Part shown: positions 1 to 8,898 of the stretch, piece after piece
Position numbering within the stretch: position 1 is the stretch's first letter
How the letters are laid out: the number at the start of each line of letters is the position of its first letter
Source of the DNA: Bdellovibrio sp.
GTDB taxonomy: Bacteria; Bdellovibrionota; Bdellovibrionia; Bdellovibrionales; Bdellovibrionaceae
Reading direction: 5' to 3'
Assembly (NCBI GenBank): GCA_036676395.1
Contig: JAKFCY010000002.1
Coordinates: 320,001-384,000 of the forward strand
DNA length: 64,000 bases
Made by a program: the position numbers and the translations under genes
The notes under the pieces: model-generated
What the model was told of the DNA's origin: nothing
Seen by the model: the letters and a program-made list of their open reading frames with translations, nothing else
The model's database searches: none

Positions 1-3000
1 GCAAATGAAGTGCAGCAAAAATTTGGTGAGCGCTGGTGGACAGGTTTACATCCTGAAAAATGTACCGGCTTTGATCGCGAGAAAAAATACCTGGCGGCCT
101 TGCCATTAATTAATTTAGAAATTTGCACGCGCCAAGATGTGATGGATTATTTCGACAACACTTGGACGCTGACTGAAATTTTGTTCGCTGGTCTTAAACA
201 TGAATCAACCTACATTCGTCCGCCGTATCATCAGCTGCGTCATCCGCTGATGTTTTATTACGGTCACCCGGCAGTTTTATTTTTAAATAAACTTCGTTTA
301 GCTGGGGTTGTGGATAATCCTGTGGATTTGTACCTCGAGAAAGTCCTTGAAACCGGCGTGGATGAGATGTCTTGGGATGATATGGCTAAAAATGAAATGG
401 AATGGCCAAATGTGGCAACCGTTCATGAGTATCGCCAAAAAATTTATAACTTAATTAAAAATGTAATTCAGACTCATCCAGATCTGGATTTAGCCGCACG
501 CAAAGCGAAAAATATTCAAATAGGGCCGCAACATCCGCTGTGGTCGTTATTTATGGGTTTTGAACATGAAAAAATACATTTCGAAACTAGCAGCGTGTTG
601 ATGCGCGAACTTCCGATTGAATTAGTTGAAACTCCGAAATACTGGGCGCCACTTTATGATTCTAAATCTACAAAGACGGCAAAACCAGCAGCAGGAAAAG
701 ATTTTCCAGCGAACACTTGGAGTGCGCAAAAAGGATCTCTGGTTAGTTACGGAAAATCTGAAAACGCACCAAGTTTTGGTTGGGATAACGAATACGGTTA
801 CAGAAAATCTAAAACAAAAGATTTTCAGTTAACTGAACAACTTATCAGTAATGGTGAATATTTTGATTTCGTCGCAAGTGGCGCTTATCAAGAAGATAAA
901 TACTGGCAGGCTGAAGGTTTGATGTGGCGTAAGTTTCGCAATACCAAACGCCCGACGTTTTGGGTGGCTTACGGGCCAGAAGGTTTACACGAGTATAAAT
1001 TAAGAACCATTTTTGAAATTATTGATATGCCTTGGGATTGGCCGGCAGAAGTAAATTTTCACGAAGCGCAAGCCTATTGCCGTTGGAAGCAAGAACAAGA
1101 CAAGAGCACTCTTCACTATCGGTTAATCACCGAAGCTGAATTTGTTTCGTTGAAACTGAAATTACCAACTGATGAAGTTTTGCAAAACGCCGAATATAAA
1201 AAATCTGGTACGGTACATTCTGAAAAATTTAATTTTAATTTTCATCACGCATCACCGCGTCCAGTGAATACGGGCAGCGCTGATTCGGGTATCAGAGATT
1301 TAATGGGTAATGTGTGGCAATGGGCCGAAGATCAATTTAATCCGCTTGAAGGATTTAAAATTAATAAATTATACGATGATTTTTCAACGCCGTGTTTTGA
1401 TGGTAAACATCAAATGATCTTAGGCGGAAGTTTTATCAGTTGTGGTCACGAAGCCAGCATCAATGCACGTTTTCACTTTCGCCCACATTTTTTTCAACAT
1501 GCAGGGTTTCGTATAGCGGCCACTTTAGATGGGTCGCATGACAATGCGGCCATTCGATTAAAACACGACACACAATACGTGCACACCAAACGTGAAAACG
1601 TTTTAGATCAAATGCAAAAAGAGGATTGGTGGAAGTCAGTTCAACAGCCGATGGAGTTATCTGAAGAAGAAATTCAGAAAGCTTATGAAGCTGCCGAAAA
1701 ATTTGTCAGAAATTTTGAACACAACCGTAAAGACGTGTCTCCGATGGGAACGGCTTTAGATCCATACACCAATGATATTAAAAAAGATTATCGCAGACCG
1801 TATCAGACGACAAAAAACTTTCCTGAAACTCCGGAAAGTTTTGAAAAGCTTGTGCAATTTATTGCCACTGACATTGCGCCATTAGGGCAGCAGCCTGGAC
1901 ATCCAGGTTATATGGCCTATGTGGCAGGGGCTGCCAATCCGTTAAGTGCTCCGGCGCAAGCGCTGGCGATGACGATGAATCAATTTACTGGGCATTTCAG
2001 TTTAGCACCAGGATTGGTGACTTTAGAAATGGAAGTCATTCGTTGGTTTACGACAATGATGAAATACTCTGAACAAACAGCCACTGGAATTTTAACCGGT
2101 GGTGGTAGCCAGGCAAATATGATGGCCTTAGTCGCAGCCAGAAATAAATTATTCTCGCAAAAATTAGAATTATCTAAAGCCAGATTTTATGCGTCGACAC
2201 AGGTGCATCACTGCATTGGTAAAGCCATCGCATTTTTAGGGTTTCCGAAAGAGTGCCTACGGCTTATTGCCACTGATCAAAATTATTCAATGATCGCCAG
2301 TGAATTAGAAAAATCTATCACTGAAGATTTGAAAAATGGTTTAGTGCCAGTCGCTGTTGTTGGAACAGCCGGAACGACAAATACAGGCTCAGTTGACCCA
2401 TTGGATGCGATCGCAGATATTTGTGAAAAAAATAAAATCTGGTTTCATGTCGATGGGGCCTACGGTGCTTTATTTATGTTAACCGACAAAGGGCAAAAAG
2501 TTTTATCTGGCATTGAACGATCACAGTCAGTAGCTCTTGATCCGCACAAGGCTTTGCAAATTCCGTACGGGGTAGGGTGTTTGTTAATTAAAAATAAAAG
2601 TGATCTTTCAACACAATATGCGGGCAACAGTTCTTACATGCCACCATCACCTGGGTTGCATGAAGAACAATTTAGTTTAATTGATTTTGCCGATATTTCG
2701 CCCGAGTTATCGCGTGATCCGCGCGGATTACGTGTATGGCTTCCGCTAAAAGCGTTTGGTGTTGGCCCGTTTAAATTAAATCTAGAAGAAAAAATTCAAC
2801 TTTCTGATTATTTACATAGTGAACTTAAAAAAATCTCTTTAGTTAAAGTAGTTTCAGCGCCGCATTTAACTATTCAGTCGTTTAATTTAGGTAATACCGA
2901 AAAAACAAAAAAACTTTTAGCTTGGATCAACTCGCAGAATAAAATCTTTTTAAGTGGTTGTGAAATTGGTGGCTGTTTTTCAATTCGTGTGTGTTTGTTA

Positions 3001-3069
3001 GGTTACCGATTGCATTTTACCCAGGTGCAAGAACTCATTCAGTTGATTAAAGAGGGCTTGCATGCCTGA
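1..3069 (+). CDS. Fusion of an OvoA-type non-heme iron 5-histidylcysteine sulfoxide synthase (DinB-like + FGE-sulfatase domains) with a group II PLP-dependent amino-acid decarboxylase; probably 5'-truncated by the window
   Basis: OvoA-type motifs RHPLMFYYGH, GVDEMSWDD, HEKIHFE (HxxxHxE iron site, 565-585), FGWDNEYG, LYDDFS, HFFQHAGFR. C-terminal half from ~1650 has HPGYMAY, GGGSQAN, AGTTNTGSVDPL, WFHVDGAYG and DPHK (PLP lysine, 2548-2550). The frame is open from base 1, so GTG at 10 may not be the real start. Confidence 0.9.
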   Translation, partial: ANEVQQKFGERWWTGLHPEKCTGFDREKKYLAALPLINLEICTRQDVMDYFDNTWTLTEILFAGLKHESTYIRPPYHQLRHPLMFYYGHPAVLFLNKLRLAGVVDNPVDLYLEKVLETGVDEMSWDDMAKNEMEWPNVATVHEYRQKIYNLIKNVIQTHPDLDLAARKAKNIQIGPQHPLWSLFMGFEHEKIHFETSSVLMRELPIELVETPKYWAPLYDSKSTKTAKPAAGKDFPANTWSAQKGSLVSYGKSENAPSFGWDNEYGYRKSKTKDFQLTEQLISNGEYFDFVASGAYQEDKYWQAEGLMWRKFRNTKRPTFWVAYGPEGLHEYKLRTIFEIIDMPWDWPAEVNFHEAQAYCRWKQEQDKSTLHYRLITEAEFVSLKLKLPTDEVLQNAEYKKSGTVHSEKFNFNFHHASPRPVNTGSADSGIRDLMGNVWQWAEDQFNPLEGFKINKLYDDFSTPCFDGKHQMILGGSFISCGHEASINARFHFRPHFFQHAGFRIAATLDGSHDNAAIRLKHDTQYVHTKRENVLDQMQKEDWWKSVQQPMELSEEEIQKAYEAAEKFVRNFEHNRKDVSPMGTALDPYTNDIKKDYRRPYQTTKNFPETPESFEKLVQFIATDIAPLGQQPGHPGYMAYVAGAANPLSAPAQALAMTMNQFTGHFSLAPGLVTLEMEVIRWFTTMMKYSEQTATGILTGGGSQANMMALVAARNKLFSQKLELSKARFYASTQVHHCIGKAIAFLGFPKECLRLIATDQNYSMIASELEKSITEDLKNGLVPVAVVGTAGTTNTGSVDPLDAIADICEKNKIWFHVDGAYGALFMLTDKGQKVLSGIERSQSVALDPHKALQIPYGVGCLLIKNKSDLSTQYAGNSSYMPPSPGLHEEQFSLIDFADISPELSRDPRGLRVWLPLKAFGVGPFKLNLEEKIQLSDYLHSELKKISLVKVVSAPHLTIQSFNLGNTEKTKKLLAWINSQNKIFLSGCEIGGCFSIRVCLLGYRLHFTQVQELIQLIKEGLHA

Positions 3070-4201
3070 TTTAGAGTTTTTTAAATCACAATTTAATAAA
3101 ACTGAATTAGTTCATTTAAACAATGCAGGTCTTCAGCCAATCACCCGCGCGGCACGAGAAAAAATTGATTACTGGTCGCGCCGCTTTTGGGAAGAGGGCT
3201 ATAACACAGATAAAGATTACGCAACCGATGTGACTCATGCCCGTAAAAGTTTAGCTACTATGATTGGTTGCGAAACCGGCGAAGTAGCTTTTTTTACTTC
3301 TACTGCGGGCGCGGTTAACCAAGTGGCTTTTGCTTGCGGATTAAAATCCGGTGACGAAGTGGTTATGTGGGATCAAGAGTACGGAAGCCACTTATACCCA
3401 TGGAAAGCCGCTTGTGACCAAGCCGGTGCCAAACTTGTGATCGTCGAATCAGATGAAAACTTAGCAACACCAATGCAAAGATATTTAAAAGCCATTACGC
3501 CAAAAACCAAAATCATCGCTTTTAGTTGGGTGCAGTTTACGGCGGCAAGCCAAATGGAAGACATCAAGCACGTTATTCAAACAGCAAAGCAAAAAGGAAT
3601 TTTAGTTTTCGTCGATATTATTCAGGGTTTTGGCTTACATCCTTGTGATATCTGGGCGTGGGGTGCTGATGCTGTCATGGGCGGAAGCCACAAATGGCTT
3701 TGTGCTCCGGTGGGCGTAGGTTTTTTAGCGCTACGAAAAAATTTAATTCCCCAATTTAAACCACATGTGATCGGTATGTACACTTACGGAACCTGTGATG
3801 ACCCATCTGATTTTGCCTGCGAACCAAAACGTGATGCGACGAAATTTGAACCTGGTTCAAAACAAGTTTTAGAAATCACGGCTCTTGGTGCATCACTTGA
3901 TGTGATTCAAAAAGTGGGTGTGAAGACAATCGAAACTGAAGCTTTAAGATTAGCAAAAATTTTACGTTCAGGAATTATCAATTTAGGTTATGAAGTTGTA
4001 TCTCCTTATCAAGGCGAACAAGTGCATTCAACACCGTTTATTAATTTTAAACCAAAAGGCGCGATGAGCAAAAAAGAATTGTCTGATAAATTGAACGCGC
4101 AAAAGATTTTTCACGCAGTTCGCGGCCCGGGTTTACGTTTTACACCGACGGCCTTTAATAGCGAAACTGATCTTGAAAAAGCCCTTTTAGCTTTAAAATA
4201 A
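3062..4201 (+). CDS. Aminotransferase class V PLP enzyme, EgtE/Egt2-like C-S (sulfoxide) lyase candidate
   Basis: HLNNAG, VDIIQGFG, GSHKWLCAPVGVG (PLP Lys). No C-terminal catalytic Cys loop (RxGHHC/SSGSAC) as in NifS/SufS. ATG overlaps the upstream gene's stop by 8 nt. Confidence 0.8.
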   Translation: MPDLEFFKSQFNKTELVHLNNAGLQPITRAAREKIDYWSRRFWEEGYNTDKDYATDVTHARKSLATMIGCETGEVAFFTSTAGAVNQVAFACGLKSGDEVVMWDQEYGSHLYPWKAACDQAGAKLVIVESDENLATPMQRYLKAITPKTKIIAFSWVQFTAASQMEDIKHVIQTAKQKGILVFVDIIQGFGLHPCDIWAWGADAVMGGSHKWLCAPVGVGFLALRKNLIPQFKPHVIGMYTYGTCDDPSDFACEPKRDATKFEPGSKQVLEITALGASLDVIQKVGVKTIETEALRLAKILRSGIINLGYEVVSPYQGEQVHSTPFINFKPKGAMSKKELSDKLNAQKIFHAVRGPGLRFTPTAFNSETDLEKALLALK

Positions 4202-4260
4202 TTGTTAAAACCTGCTATATCGCCTCTGCAAAAAGTCTTGTATTAAATTGAGACACTGAC

Positions 4261-4288
4261 TCAAGTCTGTATCATTTATGACCGATAA
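4261..4288 (+). promoter_or_regulatory. Putative sigma28 (FliA) promoter
   Basis: TCAA-N16-ACCGATAA, followed by SD GAGGGA (4297-4302) and ATG at 4307. Confidence 0.55.
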
Positions 4289-4306
4289 GCTCCCATGAGG
4301 GAATGC

Positions 4307-6430
4307 ATGAGCAAACTAGTTTTACTTATCAGTTTGATGATGAGCTTTATTGCCATTAAAGCTAATGCTTTATCAGGTGAGGATCAAATTAAAGCTGATT
4401 GTTATAAAAAAACAGGAAGCTACGGTGGATCTAATCCGAAGTCTCCGTACCAGTTATGTTTGCGTGCAAACGGTATTCTTAAAGTTGAAAGAAACGTCAG
4501 CGGCAGCGATGATAAATCGAAAGCAGATGCGCGTATCTGTAATGCCAGTAATCCACTTTGTAGTAAATGTATCGGTCTTTATGGTTCTGGTGATGCGAAA
4601 AGTGCCAGAACAAAAATTACAGAATGCGTTCAACGCGAAGAAAATAAACGAGCTTCAGCTGCAAAGCCAAAACCAAAAGAGCCAACCATTAATGGCGGAC
4701 GACTACAAGAAGTCACAGTTACAGCGCGGGCTCCGTGTTCAAAAACAAATCCACGTAATTGCACAACGATGACGGCATGTGAAACAAACAATGGCGTATG
4801 GAGCGACCAAGCTCAAGCCTGTGCCGCGACGCCATGCCCGACAGGAACTACGCCTGATCCTCGCGATTCAAAATATTGTGTTTGTGATAGCGAAATGACC
4901 CCGTATTCAATTGAACGTGGTTCAGCACAGCAATGTCCGGCCATGTGTAAATCCGAAGATCATAAAGAGTATAATATCGTTGTTCGCGGTTGTATTTGCG
5001 CGTCCGGTTTCGAAGACCGCACCGGGGCAGGCACATGCGTAAGTAAAGTAGCCGCTCCTGCGTCGCAAGTGGCAGCTTGTATCCAAGAGTTACAAGATAA
5101 AATTACTGCCTGTAATACGGCCTCTACAGCGGCGGTCGAAAAATGTGATCCAAAACGTGAATCACGTGAGGGAGATTCTCTTGATGCTCTTCAAGGTTTA
5201 TTCCAGGGTGCTGCCGTGGCCGGTGGTGCTGCCGGAAACTGTGGGCAGGCTGCCATTGCCGGTTCTACGGGTTATTATGCTATCGAAGAATTGCGCGGAG
5301 GCTGTGATAATGAAATTAGCGCCTGCAAAACAAGCTGCGGTGATGCTACGGCGTACATCAATGCAAATAAAGACCGTGTTTACCAAAAATGTCGTGCAAA
5401 AGCTTGGGATGATCATCAATGTTTAGCTCCTTCAGCTACGACTTATCGATCGTTTACTGAGGATGCATTCAATGTAGAATGGGACGGAGTAAATAGAGCT
5501 CCGTTCGAACAGCAAATTCAAGCCATGCAAACTAGTGTTACAGATTATAATTCAAGATGCGAAGCTGGCGGAACAGCTGACAGTAACCGTGATAAGATGA
5601 CGGGTTTCATGGATGACATGAATTCAGCGTACAAAAGTGCAAAGCAGTGTGAATGTCAGTTAGGTTCTGGCGCTAATTGTGATAGCCAATCGGGCCCGGC
5701 AGAATGTGCAGGAAACCCTTCGCTTCCTGGTTGTGCGCTAGTTGGAGTTAACTGTTTAAGTGCCACAGACAATTCGCCTAAGTGTGTTTGTTTTAAAAAT
5801 CCGAACAGTGATGAATGTAAAAACATTCAACAAACTAATAATAACTTAAAAGTAAACTCTACTGATGTAAGTGCATTTGCTGGCGTCGGCAGTGGCGTTG
5901 GTGGATCTGCTTCTGGTGGTGGCGATGTTGCTGGAAAAACCGATTCAGGTAATGTGAATGTTGGTGATTTAAGTGGTGTGGGTGCAGATGATGAAGCTAT
6001 CGGCGCTAATGCCTCAGGTACTACAACTGTCGATGCAGGATCACCTTTTGGTGCGGCTGCAGGTGGCGGTAGTGGTGCTGGCGGCAGTTCAGGTGGCGGC
6101 GCAAATGGTGCAACAGCTGCTGAAGCAGACGGTGAAGAGGAAAGCACAGGTAAAAAACTCGGTGGCCTTTTTAATGTGGCAAAGTCTGCATTAGGAAATT
6201 TATTTAAAAAAGGCAAAGACGATAAAGGCACTTATGATCCTGTGACTGGAAAATATATTAATGAAAATGGTTTAGATTCTAAAAAATGGCGTCCTCGTGG
6301 CATGGTGCGCGGGCTAGCTGGTGATACAGAAATCGCCGGCAAGTTCGAAGACATCTGGAAAGTCATGAACCGACAATACAAAATCCAAGATCAGAAAGAC
6401 ACGTTTCTTTTTGGTGGGGAGAAGAAGTAA
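4307..6430 (+). CDS. Secreted Cys-rich/Gly-rich hypothetical protein (paralogue A)
   Basis: Signal peptide MSKLVLLISLMMSFIAIKANA; many spaced Cys; Gly/Ser-rich linker; C-terminal RGLAG...DIWKVMNRQY; SD before ATG 4307. Confidence 0.85.
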   Translation: MSKLVLLISLMMSFIAIKANALSGEDQIKADCYKKTGSYGGSNPKSPYQLCLRANGILKVERNVSGSDDKSKADARICNASNPLCSKCIGLYGSGDAKSARTKITECVQREENKRASAAKPKPKEPTINGGRLQEVTVTARAPCSKTNPRNCTTMTACETNNGVWSDQAQACAATPCPTGTTPDPRDSKYCVCDSEMTPYSIERGSAQQCPAMCKSEDHKEYNIVVRGCICASGFEDRTGAGTCVSKVAAPASQVAACIQELQDKITACNTASTAAVEKCDPKRESREGDSLDALQGLFQGAAVAGGAAGNCGQAAIAGSTGYYAIEELRGGCDNEISACKTSCGDATAYINANKDRVYQKCRAKAWDDHQCLAPSATTYRSFTEDAFNVEWDGVNRAPFEQQIQAMQTSVTDYNSRCEAGGTADSNRDKMTGFMDDMNSAYKSAKQCECQLGSGANCDSQSGPAECAGNPSLPGCALVGVNCLSATDNSPKCVCFKNPNSDECKNIQQTNNNLKVNSTDVSAFAGVGSGVGGSASGGGDVAGKTDSGNVNVGDLSGVGADDEAIGANASGTTTVDAGSPFGAAAGGGSGAGGSSGGGANGATAAEADGEEESTGKKLGGLFNVAKSALGNLFKKGKDDKGTYDPVTGKYINENGLDSKKWRPRGMVRGLAGDTEIAGKFEDIWKVMNRQYKIQDQKDTFLFGGEKK

Positions 6431-6431
6431 T

Positions 6432-8345
6432 ATGAAAAATATCATGATGTACTTATTTATTGTTTTCTCTTTGTTTGGCGTAAGCACAGTATTTGCTGAA
6501 GACTGTGAAACGGCGGGAGAAGTTAAACTTTCGCAGCTGAAGTTTGTCGGTGCAGATCTAAAACCATTACTTCGAAAAAATGGTGCTTGTACTGTCGTTA
6601 AAGCATCGAATGATACTGCAGGGCGAGCTGCCTGTGGAACAAAAAGAGCGGCTCTTAATCCTGGAAATCCTCAGTACACGGGCACAGAAAAGCATGGTAG
6701 CCAGACGAATAATAACTTAGGTTATTACTTCTGTGTGGGCATGAACAAACGAGCAATGTGTAACGATCGTATCAGTGAGCTTGGCAGCACAATGGATATT
6801 GTTTGGAAGCAAACCGGTAGCAACGAGCGTAATGATGGTGATTGTCTTTGTGGAAAAAAAGGCGATGGGTCGACAAAGATGATGGCATGCCCAGTAACCA
6901 AAGCGCAGGTTGATGCCTTTAAAGACGGAAAAACAACAGGCTGTTCTGTTCAGGGCTCTGAAGATGATGGTGATGGAAATTGCCGCTGTCTCGCCGGCGA
7001 GAAAAAAGGAACGGTTGTTCAAGCGGGTGGAACTTGTCCAAAAGATCCTACGCCGCCGGTGGCAACAACAACAGTAAGTCCTGATGACTTTGACGATTGT
7101 TTGGCTGAAGTGAAAGCTGCAAAAGATGGTTGTTCTGAAGATGGAAAAAAAGCTATTGCTAGTTGCAGTAAAGAAGCGCCTGAGGTTAATAAAAATATTT
7201 CTGAAGCCCAGCGGGTGTTGTCGATCGGATTAGACGCCGTTATTGCAAAAAATGCCGGAACTGGTGCTTTAGCCAGTTGTGCAAAAATGGGTGCTGCGGG
7301 AACTTCAGTTATTGAAGCCTTAAGTTTGCTGCGTGAAAGTTGCAAAAAAGAATTAAATAATTGTAAAAAAAGTTGCGAGCAAGCCGGTGTTTTTGGAAAA
7401 AAAACAGAAGAAGAATATATTGCTGAATGTAAAGCTGTGTTTTTAAGTAAAGAAAAAGAATGGACTGAAGAACATGAAAAAGCTTTTAAGCCAATGGTTG
7501 CAGAGTATACAAAATTAGCTGATAACTCAGAAAAATTTTGTAAAGGTGATGTGCAAAAATCTGATAATCAGCTAGATGGTTTTTTGCAAGAATTAGCCAT
7601 GAGCGTACAAAAAGCTGATATCTGCAAATGTCAGCTAACAACATCAAGTGCAGGTAATGAAAATTGTGATAATGTGGCAGGTCCATTAACATGTATTCAA
7701 AATGTGAATCAACCAGGCTGTTCATTTAGTTCTGTAGGTTGTAGTCCAGGTTCAACGCTTCCGGGCTGTCGTAATCCAGTCAATATGACAAATCCAAATG
7801 GTTCAGGCATCGCGATGCCTGCTTCTGGCTTTGCAGGGCCTGGGTTTGCGTCAACAGGCGGCGGTAGCGGAAATTCTGGCAAAGTCGGATTAGGTAATGA
7901 TGATTTTGATTTCTCTGATGAGACTCGTCCCTCAGGTTCAGGCACAGCCACGGCTGATGCAGGTTCGCCATTCGGCACTGCGGCTGGCGGTGGCAGTGGC
8001 GGCGCAGCAGGCGGTGGCGGCGGAGGCGGCGGCACTGGTGATGGCGGCGGCGCGGGCGGCGAAGAAAAAGAAAAAAGCGGCCTTTCTGGATTTTTTCAAA
8101 ATGCAAAAGGTGGTATCGCAAGTTTATTTGGTGGTGGGGCTGATAACAAAAACGCAGCTGCGAAAAAACCAAATAACAAAGCTTATAAGAATGATGTTAA
8201 CGGATTCAGGCCAAAAGCCGGAGTGCGCGGCATGGCTGGATCGAATGAATTTGGCAGTAAAAACCGTGACATTTGGAAGACTATGAACGAACGTTATAAT
8301 GATCAATATCACACATTTATAACGGTGGAGAATCCACAAAAGTAA
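6432..8345 (+). CDS. Secreted Cys-rich/Gly-rich hypothetical protein (paralogue B)
   Basis: Signal peptide MKNIMMYLFIVFSLFGVSTVFA; shares CxCQL, GPxxC...PGC, DAGSPFGxAAGGGSG and RGMAG...DIWKTMNERY with the upstream gene. Confidence 0.85.
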   Translation: MKNIMMYLFIVFSLFGVSTVFAEDCETAGEVKLSQLKFVGADLKPLLRKNGACTVVKASNDTAGRAACGTKRAALNPGNPQYTGTEKHGSQTNNNLGYYFCVGMNKRAMCNDRISELGSTMDIVWKQTGSNERNDGDCLCGKKGDGSTKMMACPVTKAQVDAFKDGKTTGCSVQGSEDDGDGNCRCLAGEKKGTVVQAGGTCPKDPTPPVATTTVSPDDFDDCLAEVKAAKDGCSEDGKKAIASCSKEAPEVNKNISEAQRVLSIGLDAVIAKNAGTGALASCAKMGAAGTSVIEALSLLRESCKKELNNCKKSCEQAGVFGKKTEEEYIAECKAVFLSKEKEWTEEHEKAFKPMVAEYTKLADNSEKFCKGDVQKSDNQLDGFLQELAMSVQKADICKCQLTTSSAGNENCDNVAGPLTCIQNVNQPGCSFSSVGCSPGSTLPGCRNPVNMTNPNGSGIAMPASGFAGPGFASTGGGSGNSGKVGLGNDDFDFSDETRPSGSGTATADAGSPFGTAAGGGSGGAAGGGGGGGGTGDGGGAGGEEKEKSGLSGFFQNAKGGIASLFGGGADNKNAAAKKPNNKAYKNDVNGFRPKAGVRGMAGSNEFGSKNRDIWKTMNERYNDQYHTFITVENPQK

Positions 8346-8355
8346 GTAGTTTAAT

Positions 8356-8898
8356 ATGTTAAAAAAAATCATCTTGAGTTTGCTGCTAGTTTCAAATTTT
8401 TCTTCATGCGTGACTTACCTTAAAAATGGAAGTCACGTTAACAGTCACGAATCTAAACCCACATTAACTGGGCAATACAAATCCGAAAAACTGAAAATCT
8501 ATTTTGCGAACAACACTGAAGCCGATCTTCAAAACGTTGAGCTTTTTCGCGAGTTGATTCTTAATAAAAACATGTTCACAGAAGTTTTATTAGTTCGCAG
8601 TGAAAAGATTGAAACTTGCGAAGGCCATTGTGTTCTGTTCACTAATAAAAAAAGTGGTCTGTCAGTCGGTGAAAAGCTAAACATGGGAGCAACCTATTTA
8701 ACTTTAGGAATTATTCCATCGCGTTTTACCAATGAATATGTTTTAAAAAACAAATTTGGCCAGGTTGAAGATGTTGAAATCGTTAACTGGGTTTCTGTAT
8801 TTTTATTACTTTATGCGGGTAATGATTCTTTTGAAGAATCTGAAAAAGAACAGCTGGTTAAGTTACAAACGTTGTTAAACCAAGCCGATGCTAATTAG
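8356..8898 (+). CDS. Hypothetical lipoprotein
   Basis: N-terminal hydrophobic stretch ending FSSC (lipobox-like); 10 nt after the previous stop. Confidence 0.65.
   Translation: MLKKIILSLLLVSNFSSCVTYLKNGSHVNSHESKPTLTGQYKSEKLKIYFANNTEADLQNVELFRELILNKNMFTEVLLVRSEKIETCEGHCVLFTNKKSGLSVGEKLNMGATYLTLGIIPSRFTNEYVLKNKFGQVEDVEIVNWVSVFLLLYAGNDSFEESEKEQLVKLQTLLNQADAN

Noticed and set aside
1..4201. Selenium (ovoselenol/selenoneine) pathway interpretation of the methyltransferase-less OvoA
   Set aside because: No selD or selenosugar synthase gene in the window, and a PLP lyase is adjacent, which fits a cysteine-derived sulfoxide better. Cannot be fully excluded because upstream sequence is missing.
5827..8286. 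Pro-rich antisense and alternate-frame ORFs (5827-6231, 7709-8035, 7780-8172, 7897-8286)
   Set aside because: Shadows of the Gly-rich GGN codon runs in the two real genes.
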